Shown here one piece after another: positions 37,206-49,860 of a stretch of 64,000 nt of DNA (position 1 is its first letter; every line of letters begins with the position of its first letter). The stretch comes from Squalus acanthias (taxonomy: Eukaryota). Under the pieces are notes generated by a model. It had not been told where the DNA came from, made no database searches, and was given only the letters and a program-made list of their open reading frames with translations. Location: NCBI GenBank assembly GCA_030390025.1, contig CM059432.1, positions 81,594,001 through 81,658,000 of the forward strand. The letters run 5' to 3'. Position numbers and translations under genes: made by a program.

Positions 37206-37587
37206 GGAAAAAAGCAGGAAATGAAATAGATTTTAAAGCAAGTTTAGGGCTGGGAAAAGGGGGAGGGGATGAAAGAACAAAAGGGAAGGTCAGTGATAGG
37301 ACAGAAAGCAAGAGAGATTAAGAGACATTGGGGGAAAAATTAGGTCGCGCCCCGTTTGGGGCGCAAATATCGTCTGGACGCAAAAATTAGCGCCTGGCGC
37401 TAATTATCGCCACTGACAGGAAACTTCACTTTTACCGCCCCGGGAGGTGAGTGGAGCGCTAAATCAGGCGCTGCACACCTGTCTTAGGGCGCAAAGGCCG
37501 AGCAGTGAGGCGCTAACTCAGCGCACGAGCGCAGCGCAGGTGCTGCCAGTTAGCGAGGGAACACAGACACACTGGCGCCGCCCAGTT

Positions 37588-37593
37588 TATAAA
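37588..37593 (+). promoter_or_regulatory. Candidate TATA box of the Myb/SANT gene
   Basis: TATAAA 100 bp upstream of the ATG at 37688. Confidence 0.4.
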
Positions 37594-37687
37594 TCGGGGG
37601 GGCCAACTTGCTCCCCAGCCACACCCTGCTCATTGCAGCCTTGAATCTCAGCCTGGAGAGACCTGTGAATCCATTTTGCTGCCAAGG

Positions 37688-39507
37688 ATGGAGAGGGCGA
37701 GAGAACGAGCTCAGCGCTTCACCGAGCGGGCCTTGGATGCTCTGGTTGGCGCGGTGGAGCGCAGAAGATGTATACTCTTCCCGGAGAGTGGCAGGAGGCC
37801 TTTGCCACGCGAGTACAGAAGAGTGTGGAGGGAGGTGGCTCAGAGCGTCTCCTCCAGGAGCATGGTGCCCAGGACCCATGTTCAATGCCGCAAAAAGTTC
37901 AACGACCTCACTCGGGTCGTCAGGGTGAGTGGCTTTTTCTCAATACCTCTCCATCCCTCCATCTCAACCTCACTCTATGGCCAGAGGGTCTTAAAACCCC
38001 AATGCACAACACTCATCCAACACCTATGGCCCTTTCATGAAACACACACACACATTCCACACTTTGCATACAGTAAGGGCTATTCACCTATGGGAGGCAC
38101 ATCAGGCAAGACCATGGCTGTATACAGTAAGGGCTATTCACCTATGGGAGGCACATCAGGCAAGACCATGGCTGTATATTTACTCAGATGCTGTCCTTTT
38201 TCTTGCAGGCCAAGCTGGCGCATAATAGGAGAGAGCAGCAACGGACAGGTGGAGGGCGGCCTCAGCTGCAACCCCTCAGCGATCTTGAGGAGCGCGTCCA
38301 CAGGATTGTGGCAAGCCGGGTGATCGGTCCCGTTGCCACTGGAGACGCCGACCCCGTTCTGGACAGCAATGGTAAGGTCATCACCTTTTTGTCCTCTGTC
38401 CTTCCACTTGTCCCTCACAACACCAGCCTTTGACACTTTCAATCCAACTTGCTAACTCGCTGCACTTATTCCTCCCTTACTGCCACCCTGTCCTCACGCT
38501 AAAGCCACTCTTGTACCTCCCTGCTTTCAGATGGTGATTCACCAGCTGAGGAGACGGGCCCTGAAGCTGCCACTGGGAGTGAAGCTGCAGCCGAGGAGGA
38601 AGAGGAAGCCGGAGCATCAGTGCCACCCTCTCCCGAGGAAGCCCATGCCCACACTGGGAACACGCCTTCCCTGGAGGGGAGCAGGGGGGAAGGGTCTGAT
38701 GAGGGTGAAGCTCCAGGACCCAGCGGGCTGCAGCAATGCCATGGGGATAGGGAAGAACGGGGGCCTTCTCCCCAGAGGGAGAGTAAGCCAGAGACTCCTA
38801 CTGCAATGGACGCAGAGGAGGAGCGGCTGATCGCAGAAATGAACACCCAGGCGGTGGGCATGCACACTGAGCTCATGGGTGCAGTGGGAAGGGTGCCCGA
38901 ATGCATTGAGTCACTGGCAAGGAGTGTGGAGCACTTCGCTGTAGCACAGGCGGATGCCACACTAATGCTTAGTGCTGCAATTCAGTCACTGACTGCCGTG
39001 ATCCCATCTCTGACTGCTCTCATGCAGACTCAGATTGAGGCCACGCGAGCACTGACTGCTGCCAACCTCGATGGTTCGTTCACATGTCCCCGGGGCTCTC
39101 ACCGCGCCGCAGCAGGCCAGCAATCTGTTCTCCGGCAGATTGCTCCGGATGCTGAAGTGCTGCCCCGTGGGAGTGCCAGTGTGTCGGGCGAGCAGGGAGT
39201 TGCTGTCCTCTCTCACAATGACAGCATTCCTGCTGCCAACACTGTCACTTCTCCACTGCACTTGCCACCGCCTGTAGGACAGACTGCTGCCGCCCATGCA
39301 GAGTTAGTGCAGTCTGCAGCCGGGCCCTCCAGGCCCAGAACTGGTCGAGGCCGTCCTTCAGGGGTATCTGCAGTGTCAGGGTCTGACAATCTGCAGCCTT
39401 CCACCAGCCTTGCTGCAGCCACTGAGGTCCCATTACGGAGGAGCAGTAGGGTTAGAAGGGGGGAAGTGCGCAAGGGAAGGAGATCACCCTCGAAGGGCAA
39501 AAAGTAG
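37688..39507 (+). CDS. Harbinger Myb/SANT-like DNA-binding protein, 3 exons (37688-37924, 38209-38371, 38531-39507), ~458 aa
   Basis: GT-AG introns of phase 0 and 1 give a continuous frame; AQRFTERALDALV..W..QCRKKFNDL; basic C-terminus. Confidence 0.85.
38068..38178. repeat. 54-bp perfect tandem duplication in Myb intron 1
   Basis: ATACAGTAAGGGCTATTCACC...GGCTGT starts at 38068 and at 38122. Confidence 0.95.
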
Positions 39508-39819
39508 GAGGTGTGACAAAATGCTGGTCATTTTTTTATTAAAGGCCGAGGTTCGTGGTCCAACTTTTGTCTAGTGTTTTGGACATTATCTCCAGGTTGT
39601 GAGAACCAGTTATGTTAATGACTGTTTTTTTGTGTTTATTTCTATGAGTTTGTCATGAGGAAATGACACACACAGAGTTTGTAAAATAAATAAGTTTTTG
39701 CATTCAAAATATACATGTTTGGTGTTTGGAATCATTGGTGCCTTGGCCGGCTTAGGGGTTGCGTGCTGGGTTCATTGATGTTGTTAGCAATGGCAGAAGC
39801 CATTTCCACAGCAGGGGCC

Positions 39820-41014
39820 CTAGAAGCGGCTTGCTATCAGCCGTTGACGGACGGCCCTTGCAGTTTCACCATTGTGGGCCGCCCTCCCGCCTTGGTGCTG
39901 CTGATGATCATCCTCCTCGTCCTCTTCCTCCTCTTCCTCCTCCTCCTCTGGTGGTGCTCCAAGGCCTGGTGGCATTGGCTGGGTCCTGACGATTGCCATG
40001 TTATGCAACATGCAGCACACAACTACGAAGTTGGATACTCGCTCAGGCGAGTACTGCAGGGCTCCTCCAGAATGGTCGAGACAGCGGAACCGTTGCTTCA
40101 GCACGCCGATTGTGCGCTCAATGATGTTCCTGGTAGCTTGATGGCTCTCGTTGTACCGCAGCTCAGCAGGGGTGTTGGGCGTACGGAGCGGTGTCATCAG
40201 CCAGGTGCTCAATGGATACCCCTTGTCCCCGAGAAGCCAACCAACTGGCTGATGCGGTGCCTCAAAGTTCTGCCACAGTAGTCTGGCGCAGGATGAAAGC
40301 ATCGTGGCAGCTGCCAGGATAGTGGGCATTGACAGCGAGTATCAGCTGTCTGTGGTCACAGACCAACTGAACATTCAAGGAATGGAACCCCTTTCTGTTC
40401 CGGAATTCCTCGGCATTCTCATGTGGAGCACGCAAAGCCACATGCGTGCAGTAAATGGCGCCCTGCACCATGGGGAAGCCCGCTATCCTCGCAAAGCCCA
40501 GAGCGCGGTCACGCTGCTTGTCTAGGGTCATGGGGAAAGAGATGAACTCTCGTCTCCTTTTAAAGAGGGCATTTGTGACCTGCCGGATGCAGCAATGCAC
40601 CGCGAACTGGGAGATATTGGCGAGGTCCCCAGCAGCAGCTTGAAATGAGCCAGTAGCATAGAAGTTGAGAGCCACTGTGACCTTCACTGCCACCGACAGA
40701 GACGTCCTGGACCTCAGTTGAGGCTGCAGATCTGGCTGCAGCAGGTGGCAGAGCTCAGTGACCACCTCCTTGCTGAATCGCAGCCTTCGCAAACACAGCT
40801 TCTCAGACAAATGAATGTAGGAGAGCTGTTCACGATATACCCTGGGAGGGTAAGCTCTCCTGTACATACGCCTGTTGGCCCTCCTCCGTCTGGCCATCAT
40901 TGCCACTCTCTCTCTGCGTCTCTGTGTCCTCCGATTCAGCTGGAGCAGGACGACGCCCCCACTCAGTGCAGCCCCCCAAAGTCTCTTTGCAAGCAAAGTT
41001 ATGAAGGACAGCAA
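39820..41014 (-). pseudogene. Harbinger DDE transposase with one frameshift and a catalytic D->Y change
   Basis: ORFs 40262-41014 and 39820-40329; GAIYCTHV (normally GAIDCTH), [20 protein letters not shown]. Confidence 0.92.
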
Positions 41015-41171
41015 CCAAAGTACCAGCGAAGTTAGGATCAGTAGGCAAAACTACCTCACAAAGCGTTGACTCAATGCAGAAGTCTCTCTTTCTCTCTCTC
41101 CGAATCTCTCTCTCTCTCGCAGAACGAGTGGTGCAAAAATGTCAACCACAGAAAAAGACAGGAAGAGGCCC

Positions 41172-41182
41172 CCTTTAAATAG
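41172..41182 (-). promoter_or_regulatory. Candidate TATA-like element of the transposase gene
   Basis: CTATTTAAAGG recurs at equivalent positions 14370-14380 and ~18141 in related elements. Confidence 0.45.
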
Positions 41183-41689
41183 CCCCCCCCCCCAGCCCCA
41201 CAGCGATTGATAGCGTTCCAGTCTTCCGGTCGTTGGATGCGCCAGGCGGTAAGGCAGGGGGCGCCACTCAATTTCCGCTCCGGGGCGCCACAAGGGCGTT
41301 GCACCATGGAATGACGTCACAATCTGCGCGCACAGGTGGTCGCAGCGGTAAAGTTTAGCACCGCCGCACAATGTCTAGTTAAGTTCCCGAGCGGCGCAAA
41401 CATCGTTGCGCCTGGGCGCTAGCGGCTTTGCGCCCCATTAGCACCCTCTTAAGGCGCTAACGGGAGGCGCAACCAACTGAATTTTTACCCCATTGAGAGA
41501 CATTAAGAGATATTCAAGGCAAGAGGAGGTGGAAATGGGACAGGTTGAGGAACAAAGGATGGCTCTAGATGAAGTGTAAATTGCGCCGGCAGAATGAAGG
41601 ACAGCTGCCATGTGGGAGAGAAGAAAAAAATGCCAAACAAAAGTGTGGATAAAAAAAATATATATATATATGTGTGATCAGGGCCGGGG

Positions 41690-44034
41690 TTATGATCTGA
41701 AATTGTTGAACTCTATGTTGAGTCCAGAGGGCTGTAGAGTGCCTAATCGAAAGATGAGGTGCTGTTCCTCGAGCTTACACTGAGCTTCCGTGGAACAATG
41801 CAAGAGGCCAAGGACGGTGAGGTCTGAGTGGGCGTGGAGGGGTGAATTAAAGTGACAGGCCACCGGGCGCTCGGGGTCCCCCTTACGGACTGAATGAAGG
41901 TGTTCCGCAAAGCAGTCACCCAATCTGCGTTTGGCCTCCCCAATGTAGAGGAGACCACATCGTGAGCAGCGAATACAGTATACTAAATTGCAGGAAGTAC
42001 AAGTTAATCGCTGTTTCACCTGGAAGGGGTGTTTGGGGCCCTGGACAGTGGGAAGGGGGGAGGTATAAGGGCATGTGTTGCATCTCCTGCGCTTGCACGG
42101 GAAGGTGCTGGGCGAAGGAGAAGGGGTGCTGGGGGTGGTAGAAGAGAGCGACTAGGGTGTCGCGGAGGGAGCGGTCCCTACGGAATGCTGAAAGGGGAGG
42201 TGAGGGGAAGATGCGTTTGGTGGTGGGATCACGCTGGAGGTGGCGGAAATGGCGGAGGATGATCCGTTGAATGTGGAGGCTGGTGGGGTGAAAGGGGAAC
42301 TCTATCGTGGTTCCGGGAGGGAGGGGCAGGGGTGAGGGCAGAAGTGTGGGAGATAGAACGGACACGGTCGAGGGCCATGTCAACCACAGTAGAGGGGAAT
42401 CCTTGGTTGAGGAAAAAGGAAGACATGTCGGAAGCACTGGTATGGAAGGTGACATTGTCAGAGCAGATGCGGCGGAGACGGCGAAACTGGGAGAGGGGAA
42501 TAGAGTCCTTACAGGAGGCGGGGTGGGAGGAAGTGTAGTCCAGATAGCTGTGGGAGTCAGTGGGCTTGTAGTGAATGTTTGTCAATAACCTATCCCCAGA
42601 GATGGAGACGGAGAAGTCGAGGAACGGAAGGGAAGAGTCGGAGATGGACCATATGCAGGTGAGGGAAGGGTGGAAATTGGAAGCATAGTGAATGAAATTT
42701 TCTAGTTCAGGGTGAGAGCAGGAGACGGCACCCATACAGTCATCAATGTACCGGAAAAAGAGGTGAGGGAGGGGACCCGAGTAGGACTGGAACAAAGAGT
42801 GTTCCACATATCCCATGAAAAGGCAGGCAAAGCTAGGACCCATGCGGGTACCCATAGCAACACCTTTGATTTGGAGGAAATGAGTGGAGTCAAAGGATAA
42901 GTTGTTCAATGTGAGAACAAGTTCAGCCAGGCGGAGGAGGGTGGTGGTGGATGGGGACTGGTTGGGCCTCTGTTCAAGGAAGAAGCGGAGCGCCCTCAGG
43001 CCATCCTGGTGGGGGATGGAGGTGTAGAGGGATTGTACATCCATAGTGAAAAGGAGGCGGTTGGGGCCGGGAAACTGGAAACTGTTAAAGTGGCGGAGGG
43101 CATCAGAAGAGTCGCGGATGTAGGTGGGAAGAGACTGGACAAGGGGAGAAAAAATAGAGTCGAGATAGGAAGAGATAAGTTCCGTGGGGCAAGTACAGGC
43201 TGAAACGATGGGTCTACCAGGGCAGTCCTGTTTGTGGATCTTGGGAAGGAGGTAGAAGCGGGCTGTGCGGGGTTGGGGGACTATGAGGTTGGCGGCTGTG
43301 GGGGGAAGATCTCCAGAGGAGATGAGGTCAGTGACAGTCTTGGAAACGGTGGCTTGATGTTCGGTAGTGGGGTCATGGTCCAGGTGGAGGTAGGAGGAGG
43401 TGTCGGAGAGTTGGCGTTCAGCTTCCGCTAGGTAGAGGTCGGTTCGCCAAACAACAACAGCACCACCCTTGTCAGCAGGTTTAATGACAATGTTGGGGTT
43501 TGATCTGAGAGAATGGAGTGCTGCAAGTTCAGAGGGAGGTAGGTTGGAGTGAGTGAGGGGAGCAGAGAAATGGAGACGGCCGATGTCACGGCGGCAGTTT
43601 GCAATGAAAAGATCTAGAGAGGGTAAGAGGCCAGAGGGAGGGGTCCAGGTAGAACGGGAATTCTGAAAGCGGGAGAAAGGGTCAGCCGTGCGGGGGGAAG
43701 ACTCCTGGTCAAAGAAGTGGGCACGGAGGCGAAGGCGGCGGAAAAAGAGCTCAGCATCGTGCCGAGCTCGAAATTCATTGAGGTGGGGGCGTAAGGGGAT
43801 GAAGCTCAGGCCTTTGCTGAGGACTGATCGTTCGGGGTCAGAGAGGGAAAGGTCAGAAGGGATAGTGAAAACGCGGCAGGGAGTAAGATTGGGAGAAGGG
43901 GGGGTCAGAGGAAAGTGAAGGGGAAGAAGGTTCCGGAGGGGCATTGGTGTTCAGAGTTGATGAAGCTTGCGATCCTTGACATCAGAAAGGAAGAAAAAAA
44001 GTTTTTTGTTGAAGCATCGGATGAGTCGAAGGAT
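41690..44034 (-). pseudogene. Penelope RT-GIY-YIG ORF with frameshifts near 42295 and 42150
   Basis: KPADKGGAVVV, LPKIHK..GRPIVS, MDVQSLYT, GVAMGT, RYIDD; NLVYCIRC..C..LYIGE..R. Confidence 0.93.
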
Positions 44035-45704
44035 GCTTCTGCCTGGGAAGAATAGCGGGGGATGGTGGAGTGTCTGAGAATCATGGCAGCACCCTGGGTA
44101 CCTTGCATGGACCTGCATGATGTTGCTCCTGTGATCGGCCAGTAGCTGTACATTGACAGTGTCCTATCCTTTTCTGTTAATGAATGTTACTAGCTCATGG
44201 TCCGGTGCGTACAGTCAATCACGCCTTGGACGTGAGGGAACCCAGCCACTGCTGCAAAGGCACGAGCTTTGTCTTGTTGACTGCTGAGGTCAGTGAGAAA
44301 GGCTGCTGCTGCTCCTCCTCCAAGTCTTGCTCCATCAGAAGAAAGAAGCAAAAATGGCACCCGTAATAAGTAGTGTAGCAGTAGCGATCCACAAGCTGGA
44401 AGCACTCCTGGCGATCCAGACAGCAAAAGTTCCTGTGATCCAGTGAGCTGCAACTGACTGCTTCAGGAGCTCTGAGACACCATTCCAGCTAAGTTTTACT
44501 GGTGGTCCAAGAATGGGCAGAGCATTTGTGAATTTAAGTTAAAATGCAGGGGAGGTGGTGGGGGGTTGGCTGGGAATGTTGGGTATGACGTCATTGGAGC
44601 ACTACTTTGACCTTTTAATTAGGACCCTGCTCGCCTGGGGCAGGTGCCTGCAATGCAGCCATAAACAGTTCAGTTAAACTGGTGACGGGGGTGGAGCGGG
44701 AAAGGTGCAGGAAGGTGTTGGCTGGCCACGGACGCAACCTGAACCACCCACCCACACCGTTCCCATCGTGTGGGGGGGTAAAAATCAGCCCTTAGATTTT
44801 AGTAAACTGATGAGGAACAGAAGTGACGGACTGTTCTTCCCTTATTCCTATTAGTCACATCTGAAAATTGGTGTAAGCAGAGTAATGAAAACAAAAAATA
44901 AATTATGCTTGTTAAGGACTGTGAAGGCCTTGCTAAAGGTCAAACATAATGAAATTGTGCAGTTTTGCACAGGAGGGAATAGAAAGGAAAGTGAGTGTTG
45001 AATTCCTTTTCAGATTGGGATTAGTCATATGAAGGAAGGGCAGGGTCAGCTCAGCGAGTACTAACTGTTTAAACATGATCATTGGCTGGTTTGGAGAGGA
45101 TGCGGCAACATTGCCCTTATTAACTTGACTCCCACTGGCAGACCTGATGAACCAATCCCCAAAGGCAACCCCGAGGGTCATTTGTCACTGATTGAATTTC
45201 ATTCATTCATTCAGTGTGAATATTGTTTCTTTTGGAAGCAAATAAACTAATACCTCCTCCTCTAATAAAGCCACATTAAATATTACATCCAAACAGAAAG
45301 TCAGAGTTATTACAATTCAGATTACAATAAATCATAATCTATATATAGAATGTAAGGTGTTCAAGAATATAAGTTAATTGTGATAAATTAATGGACAATC
45401 TATGTGTTAGTGACTCTATATAAATAAACCCACAGTTGCAGTACTGTGTGCAGTTCGGGGCAACACACTATAAGGACGTGGAGGCAATTGTGAGGCTGCA
45501 GATTCACTCAGGTATTGCCTGGTATGACGGAATATAATGCACAGAAGAATCTATAAGGTAGGGCAGTAATTCAGAGCCAATTACAACTGAAAATAAGTAT
45601 ATTTCTGGTGTGCACTGTTTTTTGTTTTTTCACACAACAAATATCTTAGCCATAAGAGCTATAAAATGCAGAGAAGCACTCTTTGTTATAGTAGGAAAAT
45701 TTCT

Positions 45705-45955
45705 GGGGGAAAAATTCAGTTGCTTTGTGCCTCCCGTTAGCGCCCCGACGCGCGTGGCGCTGCTGCACGTAGTGCCGCGATATTGAATGGGAGCGCCCCA
45801 AGAGGGAGGGGGAGCGCTTCCAGTAGTGCCCCACCTCCTGCTTCAGGCATTACCATTCAATTTCAGGTGTGGGGGTGGCAACTTTCTCGGGGCGCTAAAA
45901 GTAGCGCCCCGGCGAAGTTATCACCCCAAAGGGGGCGCAAGCCAATTTTTGCCCG
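45705..45955. mobile_element. Short Harbinger MITE, family B
   Basis: GGGGGAAAAATTCAGTTGC..CCCGTTAGCGCC end; interior shared with 11530-11664; no clean TSD. Confidence 0.7.
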
Positions 45956-48103
45956 AGATGATTTTATTGCATGCAGTACTTCAAAATAGAGTTAAAATAG
46001 AAGCTCGTCTTTCCTGCCACATGGAGGATGGAAGATGGGTTTTCTACAGGAACCCAGCCAGATCTCGAATTAATTAGGAGTAATGAGAAAAGTTTCAGCT
46101 ACCTTTTTTTGAGCAGCCTGGAGCATTCTTTTGAGGACCGTTGGTTAGGCCGCACAATGCCTGGTGCCAATGGGCAGACCAAGTGTGACACATACGCAGT
46201 CCATTGGTACCAAAAAATTGCACCAAGTCCTACGGTCAGCGTAGTATCCCGATTTAAATATTTAAGTAGGTTCCTGCTTGTTTCAGGTGGGAGCGCTAGC
46301 CGCCCATTTTGAGCCCTTCTGTAAACTGTCGGGCTGGCCTCGGATGGCCAATTGACGACCAATTTAAAAAAAATTTTTTAACTGCCAGCCGTCCAATCTT
46401 CCAGTGTAAATGAGGCAGGTGGCAGCTGAAAATGTCCCATGTTATCCAAATATTACATCACATGTGTAATGTCTACTGAGAGACATACCTGATTATTTCA
46501 TCACAAATTTCTGTTGCTTATCAGATGAAGAAATATGCTCTATAAGGGGTATATCAATCCTTTGTGGATTGGTATCTTGCTGTGTTGTGCTGCTCTTATG
46601 TATTATGCAACCTAAAAATATATCTGGCCAAGTAGCTTAGCCTGTACAGTTGGTCTCACTGTGTGTTATTCTTTATCTGTTGGGAAACATAGGAGGACAT
46701 AAAGGGCATTTTATAATATTCTCCATTGATTGATATATGCAACGAGAAGTTAATTGTTAAACCTGGGCACATTAACCCACATGCAATATTGTTTGAGGGC
46801 GCAGGTTTCTCTTCAGGTACGATTTGTCCTTCTTATGCAAACTGTCTTTTTTCTTGAACAAAAGACTAAAGTATTGTGGGGGAAAAGAAATATAATACTC
46901 TTAAAGGAAAGATTTATGTTGCAATGTTTTAGGAAAAAAACAATGAAAATATGTGTACATTGGATGATGTTAGAAGCTAAACATTGAACAGCAATAAAAG
47001 AGAGAATATTATTAATTAAGAGAACAGACATGGACATGGACACAAGCATCAATGTCTGCAGTATGCTTATTGAGCACCTGGTTACCAATTCGTTTTCGTT
47101 CTCTGAACCTTCTGCTTAGTTTTGGATTCAAAAGCATGGGCCCAAAATTCCAAGATTTATTTGGTACAAAAGTGGTGTCGTTCTCATGTAGGGGACTGGA
47201 ATTTGGGGCATAAATCAGATATGGCAGATTTAAAATCTACACTAAATTCAGGTGGACTTGGCTGTTGACAGAATGGGTGCCTGTCCAAAAGTTGACCATG
47301 TGCACACATAACAGGATAATGAGGGCAAAACCTGCTGTCCCAGAAATTCTGCTACTCACGTCAGAGTTGCACCTGACTTAAGTTGAGCCTGTAGTATTTA
47401 AGGGATCAATTAACTGTCAAACAGAAAGTAATTGAGTTCACAGGCTTTGAATGCCTAAAAACTTTGCCTGGAATATCAGCTTTGACTGAAGTGATCAGAA
47501 AATTCTTAGCTATGGAACGAAGAAATGGCTAAGAACTAAAAAAATTCTGCAAACTGTCTTTCAGCAGTTTCAGGCAGGAAATGACAGCGGTGTGCAGGTT
47601 AGGGCTACACCACAGGAGCAGACCAACTAGAAAGTACCCTTCCACCAGAGTCTACAGACCACACTGCTCCCTCGATGATCTCTCAGAAGAGGTCTGCTTA
47701 AAAAGGCAACAGTTCAGTAAGGAGGCACAGAGCGAATTCTGTCACCCATTGCAAACTGACCTTCAAACAGCCTCTCAAACACAAAGCAGCATAGACTAGG
47801 CTAAGTTCAGAACACAGGGCTTCATATCATAAAATGGTTTTACTATGCACCTATATGTTTGCAGCAAGTATTTCTTATTACCAGTGTGCCTACCCCAGTG
47901 CCTCTCTGTATTATTATTAAACTTAGTCTGGTGCTGTGCCAAGGTATAGCTGATGGCCAAGGACACTGGCTTCTGAGCCCTGAGAGGACGCCGGCAGGTT
48001 ACGTTGCCACTGCAGTTCAGTAGCCAGCCTGGTCCTGTATTCCTTGAGCAGGAATCTGAGGGAGCTGATTAGAAAGGTCACATGAGCTGCCATGAGGAAA
48101 GAG

Positions 48104-48427
48104 TGAGAAGTCGCACAACACCAGGTTATAGTCCAACAGTTTTATTTGAAATCACAAGCTGACCTGTTTGACACCATCCACACCTTTGATTGCCGTGATT
48201 ATCTCTCTGCCGAGGTGTGATAAAGGGCAGTTAGAAAGATTAACTGTAATCATCTGGCAGTGTTCTCTGACTATATATGCTGTGCCGATATACATCTCTT
48301 CACTTCACCTGACGAAGGAGCAGCGCTCCGAAAGCTTGTGATTTCAAATAAAACTGTTGGACTAGAACCTGGTGTTGTGCGACTTCACACATTTGTCCAC
48401 CCCAGTTCAACACCGGCATCTCCACAT
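48104..48427. mobile_element. Short Penelope-like element with inverted ends
   Basis: 13-bp TSD CATGAGGAAAGAG (48091-48103, 48428-48440); same family as 8474-8869. Confidence 0.82.
48305..48341 (+). ncRNA. Minimal hammerhead ribozyme
   Basis: TCAC-CTGACGA-AGGAGC AGC GCTCC-GAAA-GCTT-GTGA. Confidence 0.75.
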
Positions 48428-49860
48428 CATGAGGAAAGAGGACAGCATCATGAAGGTAGATTCTAGGCATGCCACTTGTGCTGGGACTTGGATCCGAACA
48501 CCCATTGATCCATGGGAAGGGAGACCTAATGGTATCAGTTTTATCCTGCAGAGTCTGAGAGATGTCCTGCCAAAGTGCTGGGAAGCCATTTTCCATCATT
48601 CTCTCCAATTTTCCCACAAGGCCTGAAGGTCATTGATCAAAGCATCCATGTTGGATGCACTGACTGGTATGGAGGTCAGTGTGTCAGATGTTTATGGTGC
48701 GACTTGCTGCTCCAGGCAGTGCTGCAGTGTGTTGAATACTTCTTGGATATTGGCACTGAGAAAGGCATTAGACCTCACTGTGACCCCTTCAATCTGTTTC
48801 AGGTCCTCCAAGATGGCCCTTAGTGCCTCCATGTGAGTGTGATGCTCATCCAGCATCTTTTGTTTCACAGCAGGACCCCAGAGAGCTGCGTCCACAGGCT
48901 CAGGAGCTAGGAGTTGACTGCTGCTGAGCCTCCATTCCTTATTGTCAGATCTCACCGTCACCTCTGACTCCTCTGGAATCATGAGGGTAGTGAATGAAGG
49001 AGAGCCACACACATAAAGAGACTGCAAGGAAGAATCAGGGAGCAGGGAGCTTGCCTTGGTTGCTCTGGTGACATTATTAAACTTTTTCCTGCTCCATTCT
49101 TGGGGTTCAAGTAGGTGGCACTTACTGCTACTGCCACCTCCCTCCACAAATTACATATCACTTTCTTGGTGGGACTCTGGCTCCTGATAACAAACAAAGC
49201 AGCTGTTCTGCTCTGAATTTCCATTACAAGGACATGCATGTCTGGCACCCTGAAGTTTGTCGCTCATTTCTTTGATCTGGATTGAATAGTAGCACAGCAA
49301 ATCAGGAAAACTTAAGGTATGGGGTCTCAGCCCAGGGCTATCTCTCTTCCCTTTGATTCCAAACGAGCATAAAGGTACCTTCAGAATTAATCAAAACTGT
49401 CAATCAAAATAGATTTCAAAGGGACTCAAGTAATTCACACACCCTCCAGACAAAGCAAAACTGCTACAATGGATGAAAATCTTACTCACAGGACCCTCTG
49501 ATGGCATAACCATTACAGAGTCTGTAATAATTACCAATGTAATGGACTGTAAGCATAGGTAATGGATAATTGGTAATCAACATTAATTACTTGTATCACC
49601 AGGTGGGTTTTGTGTCTACCAACATGAACAGAGGTGAGTTATCACCCTTTGAAGTCAGCATTTACAATTGGGATAGTGCAGTCAGTGTATTTTCTCCCAG
49701 AGAGCTATCACAGAAGACATTTTAAAATTGTTACAATAATGGCATAGCTATACATTCCTATAAAAATTATAAAATAGAGAATCTCGTATTCTGAAACAGG
49801 ATGGATCTTCTGGGTTGATCACACAAAGGTTTTATGTTCATACGAAACAGAACATATAGA

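Larger units (their letters stand above)
37330..41491. mobile_element. Young full-length PIF/Harbinger transposon (4162 bp)
   Basis: TIR GGGGGAAAAATT / AATTTTTACCCC; TSD ATT (37327-37329, 41492-41494); convergent Myb and transposase genes. Confidence 0.93.
37070..44034 (-). mobile_element. 5'-truncated Penelope-like retroelement (RT + GIY-YIG, 3' pLTR)
   Basis: TSD GCTTCT (37064-37069, 44035-44040); pLTR split by the inner Harbinger. Confidence 0.9.
34347..44792. mobile_element. Old PIF/Harbinger element (outer layer of the nest)
   Basis: TIR AGGGCTGTTTTTAAC / GTAAAAATCAGCCCT; TSD TAG (34344-34346, 44793-44795); Myb remnants on + at 34640-36420; transposase remnants on - at 36700-37069 and 44035-44300. 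Confidence 0.75.
47138..49300. mobile_element. Old decayed Harbinger (right boundary uncertain)
   Basis: Transposase N-terminus on + at 47581-47770 (RKYPSTRVYR..LSEEVCLKR); Myb remnant on - at 47940-49270 (LWREVAVAV, RKKFNNV). Confidence 0.6.

Noticed and set aside
40255..40275. Programmed ribosomal frameshift in the transposase
   Set aside because: There is no clear slippery heptamer, and a small indel is the simpler explanation.
39715..40281. 188-aa ORF with a hydrophobic transmembrane-like stretch
   Set aside because: It is the antisense shadow of the transposase; the Leu run mirrors its poly-Glu tail.
39820..41014. Host HARBI1 (or NAIF1/MSANTD for 37688-39507)
   Set aside because: Both genes lie within TIRs and a TSD, with multiple related copies nearby, so no host symbol is assigned.
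45080..45200. CTGATGA near 45145 as another hammerhead or snoRNA box
   Set aside because: No correctly placed GAAA or stems.
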